Origin: Opitutales bacterium
Lineage (GTDB): Bacteria > Verrucomicrobiota > Verrucomicrobiia > Opitutales > Coraliomargaritaceae
Direction: 5' to 3'
DNA length: 28,235 nucleotides
Assembly: GCA_049598495.1 (NCBI GenBank)
Contig: JBMYNR010000020.1
Coordinates: 1 to 28,235, forward strand
The stretch's first letter is position 1. Each line of letters opens with the position of its first letter. The position numbers and the translations under genes are program-made. Of the stretch, positions 17,788 through 28,235 are shown piece after piece. Under the pieces are notes generated by a model, which was not told where the DNA came from, made no database searches, and saw only the letters and a list, made by a program, of their open reading frames with translations.

Positions 17788-18492
17788 ATGAGAAAACTAC
17801 TCTTAATCCTGGCCTCGGCAATACTCCTTGTCGCGCTCTCCCTTCGAGCTTACTTCGCAGTCATACCCCCGCCCGAACCGACTCTCCATAAAACCCTTGC
17901 CGAAATATTGCCGAACAAGCTGCCCGGATGGTCCATAGAAGAGTTTGATATGGCGGAGTCGCCCGAATCGAGTGCGAGAATCAGCCAATTCCTCAATTTC
18001 GATGATGCGATTTTCCGCGTCTACCAATACGGCAATTCATTCGTCGGGCTCTACATCGCCTACTGGACCCCCGGGAAAGCCTCCTATAGATGGGCAGGCG
18101 CCCATACTCCCGACACCTGCTGGGTGCTCAATGGTTGGAAGCGATTGGATCGTCAGTATGCCATTCCCTTTGAAGGAAATGGCAGAATGTTCAGCAACGC
18201 GGAATTCGGGATCTACGAAAAAGACGGTAGCGCTCAAAACGTATATTTCTGGCACTTAGTTGGAGGGAAGCCTTTTGGTTACAAACAAAAGGGTGTGCCC
18301 AATATCTTTGGGGCACTACTCGATATCAAAACCTACGGCCTTAAACTCCGCCAAGAACAATTCTTCATACGGCTCTCCAGTAATCAATCCATCGCAGAGC
18401 TTCGTGAACTGCCAGGATTCAGTGAAATATTGGATGGCCTTGCTGAAATCGGATTGGCCCAGGGTCCCCGGACCGAAACAAATACGCTCTAG
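17788..18492 (+). CDS. Exosortase-associated EpsI family (DUF3485-like) protein
   Basis: N-terminal TM, LPNKLPGW, YIAYW, AHTPDTCWVLNGW motif, VYFW; start at ATG 17788. Confidence 0.75.
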   Translation: MRKLLLILASAILLVALSLRAYFAVIPPPEPTLHKTLAEILPNKLPGWSIEEFDMAESPESSARISQFLNFDDAIFRVYQYGNSFVGLYIAYWTPGKASYRWAGAHTPDTCWVLNGWKRLDRQYAIPFEGNGRMFSNAEFGIYEKDGSAQNVYFWHLVGGKPFGYKQKGVPNIFGALLDIKTYGLKLRQEQFFIRLSSNQSIAELRELPGFSEILDGLAEIGLAQGPRTETNTL

Positions 18493-19118
18493 AATTCCCT
18501 CGCGGGGCTGCCAAAGACGCGCGCGCCCGCAGGAACATTTCTCATAACAACAGATCCCGGGCCAACGATTGCTCCATCGCCAACCTTTTTGGTGGGCAAC
18601 AGACGACAACCGGACCCCAGAAATGCCCCGTCGCCTATTTCACTCGCGCCAGTGAGATCACAGTGCGCACTGATCGTCGTCCAATTGCCGATCACGGCAT
18701 CGTGACCTGCACTGCTATGACAGTTAATCATCGCCATGTCCCCGACTCGAATATCACAGGTAAGTGTCACCCTCGGACAGAGAACGACCCCTTCTCCAAG
18801 TTGAACATTTCGCCCCATGATTACCGTTGGATGAATCAAACGAAGAAATTTCGCACCCTTGCGATGTAAGTCCGCACAAAGCTCTCTCTTTACTGAAACC
18901 GTTCCAATCCCGCAGATGAAGACGGCATTCGAGAAATCACTGAACTCCGACACAGAGCCCACGATCCCGGCATCCAAATCGAATCCATCCAAGGCAGTGG
19001 AATTGTCATCCAAAAATCCACGAAAGTGATTCTCCTTTATGAGCGTCCCCTCATCCTGCAACCAAGAGTACACCTCGCGGCCGAATCCTCCGGCGCCTAC
19101 AATATACAGATCCTTCAT
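18489..19118 (-). CDS. NeuD/PglD/VioB-type hexapeptide sugar acyltransferase
   Basis: LYIVGAGGFGREV, GFLDD, LIHPT, hexapeptide repeats, SAGHD catalytic His, VFGSPAR. Confidence 0.9.
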   Translation of the reverse strand: MKDLYIVGAGGFGREVYSWLQDEGTLIKENHFRGFLDDNSTALDGFDLDAGIVGSVSEFSDFSNAVFICGIGTVSVKRELCADLHRKGAKFLRLIHPTVIMGRNVQLGEGVVLCPRVTLTCDIRVGDMAMINCHSSAGHDAVIGNWTTISAHCDLTGASEIGDGAFLGSGCRLLPTKKVGDGAIVGPGSVVMRNVPAGARVFGSPAREF

Positions 19119-19124
19119 CGAAAT

Positions 19125-19355
19125 CTACTTTGCCAACTTGGCCACGATTAATGCATGCAAGTCCCCAAGGCTTCGCGCCTTGGCAAACTCTTCCTTCTTT
19201 AGAATGAGGCCATACTCAAGATCGATCATGTCGGTTATCAGGAGTACGGCGAGGGAATCCCAGGAGGGTAAGCTTCGAAATTCTGTCTCCGGCGTCAACG
19301 AGCCAGGCTCCACATCATCTAAACTCCCCTCGAAATGACGAATGAACTCATCCAT
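19125..19355 (-). CDS. Stand-alone acyl carrier protein
   Basis: Acidic 76 aa with WDSL phosphopantetheine motif. Confidence 0.88.
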   Translation of the reverse strand: MDEFIRHFEGSLDDVEPGSLTPETEFRSLPSWDSLAVLLITDMIDLEYGLILKKEEFAKARSLGDLHALIVAKLAK

Positions 19356-19358
19356 ATT

Positions 19359-20453
19359 TTAATCAGTATTTTTATGATTCGAAGGATAGTCAATGACTTC
19401 ACAGACGGCAAGCACCGGCAACTCGACCAGACAGCTCGCCCATGAAAGACCGACCCCAAAGCCTGACAACAGTAACCGAGCGCCCTCACCCCCCTTTACA
19501 CGCTCCGAGAGTTCACCGCAGATCGCTGAAGGAATCGAAGCAGAGCTCTGGTTGCCATACTTCTCCACCGTTTGCATCGGCACTTTATCAAGGTCGAGCT
19601 TCAACCGCTTGGCTATATTGCTAAGGATGTAGCGATTCGCCTGGTGGAATACATAATAGTCCACCTCCTCTGCATCCATCCCGGCATATTCGAGAAGCTC
19701 TGTCACCGAATGCGGCTCTTCCGTTATCGAGAAATTAAAAACCTCGGCCCCGTCCATAAAGAGGTTCTCGGGCGCGCGTAAGTTACCAGCTTCATCCTCG
19801 GCTGCCTTCGCAGTCTCGGGAGACTTCGGGCAACGTGCACCGCCCGCCGGAACCATCAAATGATTAAAGCCTGTGCCATCCGTCCGCAAACTGAAGTAGG
19901 CGACAGGCGCGCCCTCTGCAGACTGGATCAGGGTCGCACTGCCACCGTCACCGAATAAGGGCGCAAGCGCCCGGTCTTTTTTATGCACAATCCGACTGAT
20001 CGTGTCCCCGGCCAGCAGCAGGACACGTCTGCAGCCCCCGCTCGCAACCATTGATTGCGCCAACCAAAGTCCATAAACATAACCGGAACAGCCGAGATTC
20101 ACGTCGAAAGCCGCACAGTCTTTTCCCATACCGAGCCGGCCGTGGAGAACTGCGGCGTTACACGGCTGTGAATAATCCGGCATTTGCGTCACACAAATCA
20201 GCGCATCGATTTCCCCGGCCGCCATCTCCAGCCCTGCCAGTAGACGCTCGGCCGCGGCGTAACAGAGGTCGGCCGCGGTTGTCTGCTCGTCCACGACCCG
20301 GCGCTTCTGCAAACCGATCGTCTTCTTGAGCCGTGCAAGCTGCTTCACATTGCCCCCAAACAATTCAAGCTCGTCATCGATGCAGCGCTCATGCTTCGGC
20401 ACGCAGGTCACGATTCCAGCGATTTCTACGTCATGAAAACAACATTTGGGCAT
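19359..20453 (-). CDS. FabH-like ketoacyl-ACP synthase III (non-housekeeping type)
   Basis: Cys-His-Asn triad NLGCSGY / FHQAN / [24 protein letters not shown]; start at ATG 20453. Confidence 0.9.
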   Translation of the reverse strand: MPKCCFHDVEIAGIVTCVPKHERCIDDELELFGGNVKQLARLKKTIGLQKRRVVDEQTTAADLCYAAAERLLAGLEMAAGEIDALICVTQMPDYSQPCNAAVLHGRLGMGKDCAAFDVNLGCSGYVYGLWLAQSMVASGGCRRVLLLAGDTISRIVHKKDRALAPLFGDGGSATLIQSAEGAPVAYFSLRTDGTGFNHLMVPAGGARCPKSPETAKAAEDEAGNLRAPENLFMDGAEVFNFSITEEPHSVTELLEYAGMDAEEVDYYVFHQANRYILSNIAKRLKLDLDKVPMQTVEKYGNQSSASIPSAICGELSERVKGGEGARLLLSGFGVGLSWASCLVELPVLAVCEVIDYPSNHKNTD

Positions 20454-20635
20454 ACTCACGAAGGATGCAATGACTCGACTCCGAATGAAAGCCCTATTTT
20501 CCGAGCGAACAAAGACGTTGCACATGTCGAAAAGCTAGCCTTTCATACCGGCTAATTCATAAAGGATTCGGCCGTCTTCCTTCGGCCGTCCCTGTTTTTC
20601 ACTCACCAACTAAAGCCGTAAGAAAGGACTCAACC

Positions 20636-21109
20636 TTGGACATCAAACTCATCAAGCAAGTCATCGACCTCATGAAGCGCTCGGAAATAGCCGAGTTCGA
20701 ATATGAAGAAGAGGGACTAAAGCTGCGTCTAAGCAGTAAAGGAAACGAGGCGCCTCAGATTATTCAGGCGGCACCGGTCGCCCAAGCAGCGGCACCACTT
20801 CCAACAAATCCGGCTCCAGCATCGGCGGCAGAATCGGCCGGCGCGGCCGCGCCCGTCGCCGAAGAAGGTATCTCTATCGTCAAGTCCCCGATGGTAGGCA
20901 CATTCTATGCCGCGGCATCACCTGAAACGCCCCCCTTCACTAAAGTAGGCGAGAAGGTCGGAGCAGACAGCATCGTCTGTATTATCGAGGCGATGAAGGT
21001 CATGAATGAGATTCAAGCAGAGCTCAGTGGTACCATCACTGAGGTTCTCGTCGAGAACGGCGAAGCAGTCGAATTCGGCCAACCGCTCTTCAAGGTAAAA
21101 ACTGCCTAG
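20636..21109 (+). CDS. accB: Acetyl-CoA carboxylase biotin carboxyl carrier protein
   Basis: TTG start after AAGGA, Ala/Pro linker, [19 protein letters not shown]. Confidence 0.96.
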   Translation: MDIKLIKQVIDLMKRSEIAEFEYEEEGLKLRLSSKGNEAPQIIQAAPVAQAAAPLPTNPAPASAAESAGAAAPVAEEGISIVKSPMVGTFYAAASPETPPFTKVGEKVGADSIVCIIEAMKVMNEIQAELSGTITEVLVENGEAVEFGQPLFKVKTA

Positions 21110-21127
21110 TCCACTTGGACCATTTGG

Positions 21128-22492
21128 ATGATCAAAAAGGTACTCATCGCAAACCGCGGCGAAATTGCACTTCGCATCGTTCGCGCCTGTAACGAACTCG
21201 GAATCAAGACGCTCGCCGTCTACTCCGAAGCGGACGAGCAGTCGCTCCACGTCCAACTGGCGGACGAAGCCATCTGCATTGGGCCACCCGCGGGTAATCT
21301 CAGTTATTTAAAGGCTGACCGCATCATCGCGGCCGCCGAGATCGCCGATGTCGACGCCATTCATCCAGGCTACGGTTTCCTCGCAGAGAACGCCGACTTC
21401 GCCGAGCAATGCGCCCAGTGCAATATCAAGTTCATTGGCCCGGGGAAGGACGCTATTGTTAATTTCGGCGACAAGGCGAAAGCCCGTGAAATGGCCGTAA
21501 AAGCCAAGGTCCCAGTCATCCCCGGCAGCGACGGCACAGTCGACAATGAAAAAGACGCATTAGCCACAGCCAAAAAGATCGGCTATCCCGTGATTATCAA
21601 GGCGGTCGCCGGTGGCGGCGGCAAGGGCATGCGCACTGCACACAACGCGGTCGCATTTGCGAAGGAATATAACAATGCTCGCAACGAAGCAGAAAAAGCT
21701 TTCGGCAACGGAGCCGTTTATCTTGAGCGCTTCCTGCAGGCACCCCGCCATATCGAGATCCAGGTATTGGGCGACCAATACGGTAATGTGATTCACCTCG
21801 GTGAGCGCGATTGCTCGGTCCAGCGCAGGCACCAAAAAGTCATAGAAGAGGCGCCCTCCCCCTTTATCTCCGACGAAGTCCGCAAGAAAATGGGGCGCGA
21901 CGCGGTTAAACTGGCGAAATCCGTCAAATACGAAGGTGCCGGCACGGTCGAGTTTCTGGTCGACAGTAACGGCGAGTATTTCTTCATCGAAATGAATACC
22001 CGTATCCAAGTGGAGCACGGTGTCACCGAAGAGGTGACCGGGGTCGATCTGGTCAAGGAACAACTCCTCATCGCCAGCGGGCAAAAGCTCAGCTACGAGC
22101 AAAAGGATATCAAGATCACCAAGCACTGCATCGAATGCCGGGTCTGCGCAGAGGACCCCGCCCGTAACTTTGCACCCTGCCCGGGAGAGATTAGCCTCTA
22201 CTACGCTCCCGGCGGCCACGGTGTGCGCATCGACTCCCATTGCTACAGTGGCTATACCATTCCGCCCTACTACGACAGCATGATTGCCAAAGTCATGACT
22301 TTCGGGAGGACCCGTGAGCTCGCGCTCGACCGTATGGACCGCGCGCTCGGCGAGTATCTGGTCCGCGGCATCAAAACGAATATCCCCTTTTCCCGGGCGA
22401 TCATTCGGGACCCCCACTTCCGTGCGGGCAAAGCGACGACAAAATTCATCGAAGAATTCTTCGAACGTGTACCGAAGGATATTTACACTTAA
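21128..22492 (+). CDS. accC: Acetyl-CoA carboxylase biotin carboxylase
   Basis: [61 protein letters not shown]. Confidence 0.97.
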   Translation: MIKKVLIANRGEIALRIVRACNELGIKTLAVYSEADEQSLHVQLADEAICIGPPAGNLSYLKADRIIAAAEIADVDAIHPGYGFLAENADFAEQCAQCNIKFIGPGKDAIVNFGDKAKAREMAVKAKVPVIPGSDGTVDNEKDALATAKKIGYPVIIKAVAGGGGKGMRTAHNAVAFAKEYNNARNEAEKAFGNGAVYLERFLQAPRHIEIQVLGDQYGNVIHLGERDCSVQRRHQKVIEEAPSPFISDEVRKKMGRDAVKLAKSVKYEGAGTVEFLVDSNGEYFFIEMNTRIQVEHGVTEEVTGVDLVKEQLLIASGQKLSYEQKDIKITKHCIECRVCAEDPARNFAPCPGEISLYYAPGGHGVRIDSHCYSGYTIPPYYDSMIAKVMTFGRTRELALDRMDRALGEYLVRGIKTNIPFSRAIIRDPHFRAGKATTKFIEEFFERVPKDIYT

Positions 22493-22521
22493 GCAAATCT
22501 AACCTAAACCTATAAGGCACT

Positions 22522-22968
22522 ATGAGTAAGGAATCGGATCACCAAAACGAATCAACCATCCCAACCGTATCGGAAGACTCCAATACTCTGGGAGAAATCC
22601 GCATCAACCACAGTGTCGTCGCAAGTATCGTTCGACTGGCTGCGCTTGAGGTCAGCGGTGTGGCTGCAGTTGGTGGAGGTTTTGTGGACGGGATCGCTGA
22701 AATCTTTTCCAAAAAGAGCGATGAGCGTGGGGTCCGCGTGGAAGAGGACGAGGTCGGCGACTACCAAATCGAAATCCGTGTGATTCTCCGTTTCGGCGTT
22801 GAGCTCGCATCCGTTGCATCGGAGATCCAGCAACGCATTGCCGAACAAGTTGAAAAAATGACGAGCAAGAGCGTCGCTCGGGTCAATGTCGTCATCGATG
22901 GTGTTCGCACGGATGATGAAAAATCCGGCGACGAGGATTGGAACGACGAAGCACACAATACCGATTAG
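22522..22968 (+). CDS. Asp23/Gls24 family protein (YqhY-like)
   Basis: [50 protein letters not shown]. Confidence 0.9.
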   Translation: MSKESDHQNESTIPTVSEDSNTLGEIRINHSVVASIVRLAALEVSGVAAVGGGFVDGIAEIFSKKSDERGVRVEEDEVGDYQIEIRVILRFGVELASVASEIQQRIAEQVEKMTSKSVARVNVVIDGVRTDDEKSGDEDWNDEAHNTD

Positions 22969-22989
22969 ATCACGCCCCCTAGCACAGCC

Positions 22990-23535
22990 ATGATCTTCGA
23001 CGAACTCAGCAGCGCGCTTGAGCACCTCAACCAGCCGGAGTTCTTCTATGCCGGAGGAGCCGCGCTTGTTCTCGTATTCATTTTGTTGCTCTTAATTCGA
23101 CGGCAACCGAAGAACGTGGTTGCTTACGCAACGGACAATGGTCGCGTCTTGGTGAGTCGCCACGCGATTGTGGAACTCGTGCAGACCTCCTGCGAGCAAC
23201 TGCAGGAGGTGACGAAGCCTCAGGTTAAGATTCTGGTCAAGGGAGCAACGATACACTTTGAGGTGCGTCTTAAGCTTCTCGGCGGAGGCCGTCTACGGGC
23301 CGTTGAAGAGACCCTTCAGACACATCTCCGAAAAGCACTGACGGAAAATTTGGGCATCGAGAGCCTCGGCCAGATCAACATCGTTGCCACTGGATTCAAG
23401 AGTGGGCGCATCGAATCGAACATTCAAGCAACACCGAATCCTTTGCTTGAAACAGTCAGCTCCAAACCGGCAGCCAACAAGGACTTTTCGGGACGACAAG
23501 AGAAGTCCGAGTCCGAAATTGAAGAAAACGCCTAA
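22990..23535 (+). CDS. AmaP-like membrane anchor with Asp23-like domain
   Basis: One N-terminal TM, then TDNGRVLVSRHAIVELV...LQTHLRKALTENLGIE...INIVATGF; directly follows asp23. Confidence 0.65.
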   Translation: MIFDELSSALEHLNQPEFFYAGGAALVLVFILLLLIRRQPKNVVAYATDNGRVLVSRHAIVELVQTSCEQLQEVTKPQVKILVKGATIHFEVRLKLLGGGRLRAVEETLQTHLRKALTENLGIESLGQINIVATGFKSGRIESNIQATPNPLLETVSSKPAANKDFSGRQEKSESEIEENA

Positions 23536-23562
23536 AGCCGCGGACATGCCGGCAGGCTCGAT

Positions 23563-23994
23563 ATGAAGCCGCTTACCCTGCTTATCATTTGCCTGCTACT
23601 GCTTGGCTGCGATCTGAGGAAAACCGCTCCACAGGCTCTCGAGGCATTTGCGGAACGATACAAAGAGGCGAATCTCTCCCAAACCGCTGAGCCGATGCTG
23701 ACACTTTATGAACTTGAGGGCAGCACTGAAAATACCGTCAACATGCTTCGGAATGCTCTACTCTACGAATTGGGCTTACCGATCGAGAGGATCGACTTCG
23801 AACCGCTCAGCGGTGCCCCCGAGGAAGTAATCGAGTTTGAACACAAGGGTATCCGATACGGCCCGACACTAGAGCCCATGCTCCGTATGCGGGTCATCTA
23901 TGCGACCGAAAACCACTTCGAGAGCCGATTCACCATCGGTAAGAACTCAGAAGGTGAATGGCGTATCGTCAGCAGCCGACCTGTGGATGAATAG
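23563..23994 (+). CDS. Hypothetical lipoprotein
   Basis: MKPLTLLIICLLLLG-C lipobox. Confidence 0.7.
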   Translation: MKPLTLLIICLLLLGCDLRKTAPQALEAFAERYKEANLSQTAEPMLTLYELEGSTENTVNMLRNALLYELGLPIERIDFEPLSGAPEEVIEFEHKGIRYGPTLEPMLRMRVIYATENHFESRFTIGKNSEGEWRIVSSRPVDE

Positions 23995-23999
23995 TATCT

Positions 24000-24195
24000 A
24001 CTGTAAGGGTCTGAGCTGGTAGCAAAGATAGATACGGACGCCCTAAAGGGCGCACTCCAACGCTTAGGATAGGGTCTCTTCATCCAGCTTACGCTGTATG
24101 CTACTGAGCGCTTGCGAGTAGCATCGGCGGTGCGCCGATGAGCCCCCCTGTGTCCGACGTAGCTTGTGCCTAGCCGGATATCTATCTATTACAGT
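24000..24195. repeat. Cluster of REP-like palindromes within a self-complementary intergenic region
   Basis: cgccc-taaa-gggcg-cactccaac; minus-strand GTAG-catacagc-gtaa-gctggatg (24081-24104); plus-strand GTAG-catcggcg-gtg-cgccgatg (24118-24140); outer pairs agatagata/tatctatct and actgtaa/ttacagt. Confidence 0.65.
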
Positions 24196-24199
24196 TGCT

Positions 24200-26434
<2,235 letters not shown>

Positions 26435-26487
26435 CTAATGGATAATGGGTGATGGCGGACGAATCGAGCCCGTGTATGAAAATTAGA

Positions 26488-26563
26488 GGTAGCGGCGGTC
26501 GTCCCGACCGCCATCTGAATGAACTAACTCTGACGCATGGCGGTCGGGACGACCGCCGCTACC
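26488..26563. repeat. REP doublet (REPIN): perfect 27-bp inverted repeat with 22-bp spacer
   Basis: ggtagcggcggtcgtcccgaccgccat (26488-26514) and its exact reverse complement (26537-26563); each arm is GTAG plus an internal hairpin ggcggtcg-tcc-cgaccgcc. Confidence 0.85.
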
Positions 26564-26603
26564 AGATGCTGAAAATACCATTACAGAGTTCGAAACCATC
26601 GAA

Positions 26604-27791
26604 TTAAAGGCCTCTGCAGAAACGCGCGATACGCTCGATGCCCTTTTCGATCATCTCATCGGAGATGGCATAGCTGAGACGAATGTAGCCCGGTGCTCCG
26701 AAGCCTTCACCGGGAACCAGTGCGACCTTTTCCTGCTCGAGAATCTTACCCGCAAAATCATGGGCGCTCAGGCCAAAGGATTCGACATTCGGAAATAAGT
26801 AGAAGGCGCCTTGGGCACGCGGGCACTGAACCCCATCCATCGCGGTGAGGCCTTCCAGCAGGCGCAGACGACGACGGTCGAAGACGGCAAGCATCTCACG
26901 CACCGCAGCCATGGATTGATCCCAGTTCTGCATCGCAGCCAATGCACCGTATTGAGCAAAGGTCGTGGCATTCGAACTGGTCTGACTTTGGATACTCGCG
27001 ACTGCCTTGGCTATCGGAGCGGGCGCCATCAAGGTACCAAGACGCCATCCGGTCATGGAAAATGTCTTACTGAAACCCGACACAGTGATCACAGAATCGG
27101 CCGCCTCCTTAGAGAAAGACGCCGGGCTGACGTGCTCCACACCATCATATAGGAGATATTCGTAAATCTCATCAGACATGATGTAAATACCCGCCTCTAC
27201 GGCCACCTCAGTCAGCGCCTCCAACTCGGTCCGTGTGTAAATCGCACCTGTCGGATTCGACGGGCTATTGATAATCACCATCCGAGTCTTTGGCGTAATC
27301 GCCTCGCGAAGCTGTTCCGGTGTAATCTTAAATCCAGCATCAGCACCCGCAAAGATACTCCTCGGTGTGCCGCCGGCGAGCTTCACCATCTCCGGATAGC
27401 TGACCCAGAAAGGCGCGGGAATGATGACCTCATCGCCGGGACTGACCACCGCCATGATCGCCAGGTAGCAGGAATATTTACCACCCGGGCTAACGACGAC
27501 CTGAGCTGCCTCCACCCCTTCGACGCCGTTGTCGTTTCGATATTTTTCCGCCAATGCCGAACGTAAATCCGGGATGCCCGGCGCGGGGGCATATTTGGTC
27601 TTCCCTTCGGCAAGGGCCCTCGCGCAGGCCTCCTTGATGAACTCAGGCGTGTCAAAATCCGGTTCACCGGCACCGAACCCGCAGACATCCTCGCCTGCTG
27701 CCTTGAGCTCCTTGGCCTTGGCATCGACCGCAAGGGTCGGAGATGGTGAAATATTACGAGCCCAGGTAGAGAGTGTAGCTTGATGTGACAT
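26604..27791 (-). CDS. aspC: Class I PLP aminotransferase (aspartate aminotransferase, subfamily I-beta)
   Basis: [47 protein letters not shown]; start at ATG 27791. Confidence 0.9.
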   Translation of the reverse strand: MSHQATLSTWARNISPSPTLAVDAKAKELKAAGEDVCGFGAGEPDFDTPEFIKEACARALAEGKTKYAPAPGIPDLRSALAEKYRNDNGVEGVEAAQVVVSPGGKYSCYLAIMAVVSPGDEVIIPAPFWVSYPEMVKLAGGTPRSIFAGADAGFKITPEQLREAITPKTRMVIINSPSNPTGAIYTRTELEALTEVAVEAGIYIMSDEIYEYLLYDGVEHVSPASFSKEAADSVITVSGFSKTFSMTGWRLGTLMAPAPIAKAVASIQSQTSSNATTFAQYGALAAMQNWDQSMAAVREMLAVFDRRRLRLLEGLTAMDGVQCPRAQGAFYLFPNVESFGLSAHDFAGKILEQEKVALVPGEGFGAPGYIRLSYAISDEMIEKGIERIARFCRGL

Positions 27792-27797
27792 AGATAT

Positions 27798-27846
27798 AAA
27801 AAGCGCTCCCGCAGAGTCTATCCGGAGGACAGAACCACGGGAGCGC
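27798..27846 (-). terminator. Probable intrinsic terminator of the histone-like gene
   Basis: gcgctcccg (27803-27811) / cgggagcgc (27838-27846) stem with a large loop, followed by TTTTT on the minus strand. Confidence 0.6.
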
Positions 27847-27908
27847 AGAATCAAAACTTCTGCTTCGGCAAAAGCAAGCCTAGCCTAAGATTGCAGTAAA
27901 AAGGGGAA

Positions 27909-28235
27909 TTACTTCTTCTTTTTCTTGGCGACCTTCTTTTTGGCTACCTTTTTCTTGGCTGCCTTCTTTTTGACCGCCTTTTTCTTAGCGACCTTCTTTT
28001 TAGGAGCTTTCTTGGCGACCTTCTTCTTAGCCGCTTTCTTCTTCACAGCCTTTTTCTTCACAACCTTCTTCTTGGCTGCCTTCTTTTTGACCGCCTTTTT
28101 CTTAGCGACCTTCTTTTTAGCTGCTTTCTTTTTAACCGCCTTCTTTTTAGCTACCTTCTTTTTGGCTGCTTTTTTCACAGCCTTCTTCTTAGCAACTTTT
28201 TTCTTAACGGCTTTCTTCACTGGCTTCTTAGCCAC
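27909..28235 (-). CDS. Histone H1-like Lys/Ala/Val-rich DNA-binding protein (possibly 5'-truncated)
   Basis: Repeating KKKAV/KKKAA/KKKVA pentapeptides; the GTG at the window edge may or may not be the true start. Confidence 0.85.
   Translation of the reverse strand: MAKKPVKKAVKKKVAKKKAVKKAAKKKVAKKKAVKKKAAKKKVAKKKAVKKKAAKKKVVKKKAVKKKAAKKKVAKKAPKKKVAKKKAVKKKAAKKKVAKKKVAKKKKK

Noticed and set aside
21560..22417. 285-aa minus-strand ORF
   Set aside because: Antisense shadow of the well-supported accC; no recognisable motifs.
27909..28235. Periodic DNA suggesting a CRISPR array or satellite
   Set aside because: Periodicity comes from Lys/Ala/Val codon repeats in an open frame; no identical repeats with unique spacers.

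Overview
A mostly housekeeping bacterial window with no intact mobile element, prophage or CRISPR array. Gene content suggests Verrucomicrobiota, probably Opitutales/Coraliomargarita-like (inference). In order it holds: a tRNA(CAU) with an abutting palindromic repeat; an unlisted 31-aa bS22/AURKAIP1-like gene; pabC-pabB; LptF/G; pyrE; a 66-aa HupE/UreJ-motif mini-protein; a DMT transporter; larE/larC/larB (nickel-pincer cofactor synthesis, no larA in the window); a Tat-signal aldo/keto reductase; DUF3817; HIT; nrdR with candidate NrdR boxes; trpG/pabA; trpB; kdsB; rhodanese; a cell-surface block (FecR-like, O-antigen-ligase-TPR, EpsI-like, NeuD-type acyltransferase, ACP, FabH-like); accB-accC-asp23-amaP-like; monomeric IDH; aspartate aminotransferase; and a histone H1-like protein. 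The best candidate for an undescribed system is the orphan nickel-pincer (larBCE) locus with its mini Ni-motif membrane protein, DMT transporter and adjacent exported oxidoreductase. Also notable are recurrent leaderless-type promoter geometry, GTAG-type REP/REPIN elements and two structured intergenic regions. All family calls come from motif recognition by eye, not database searches.
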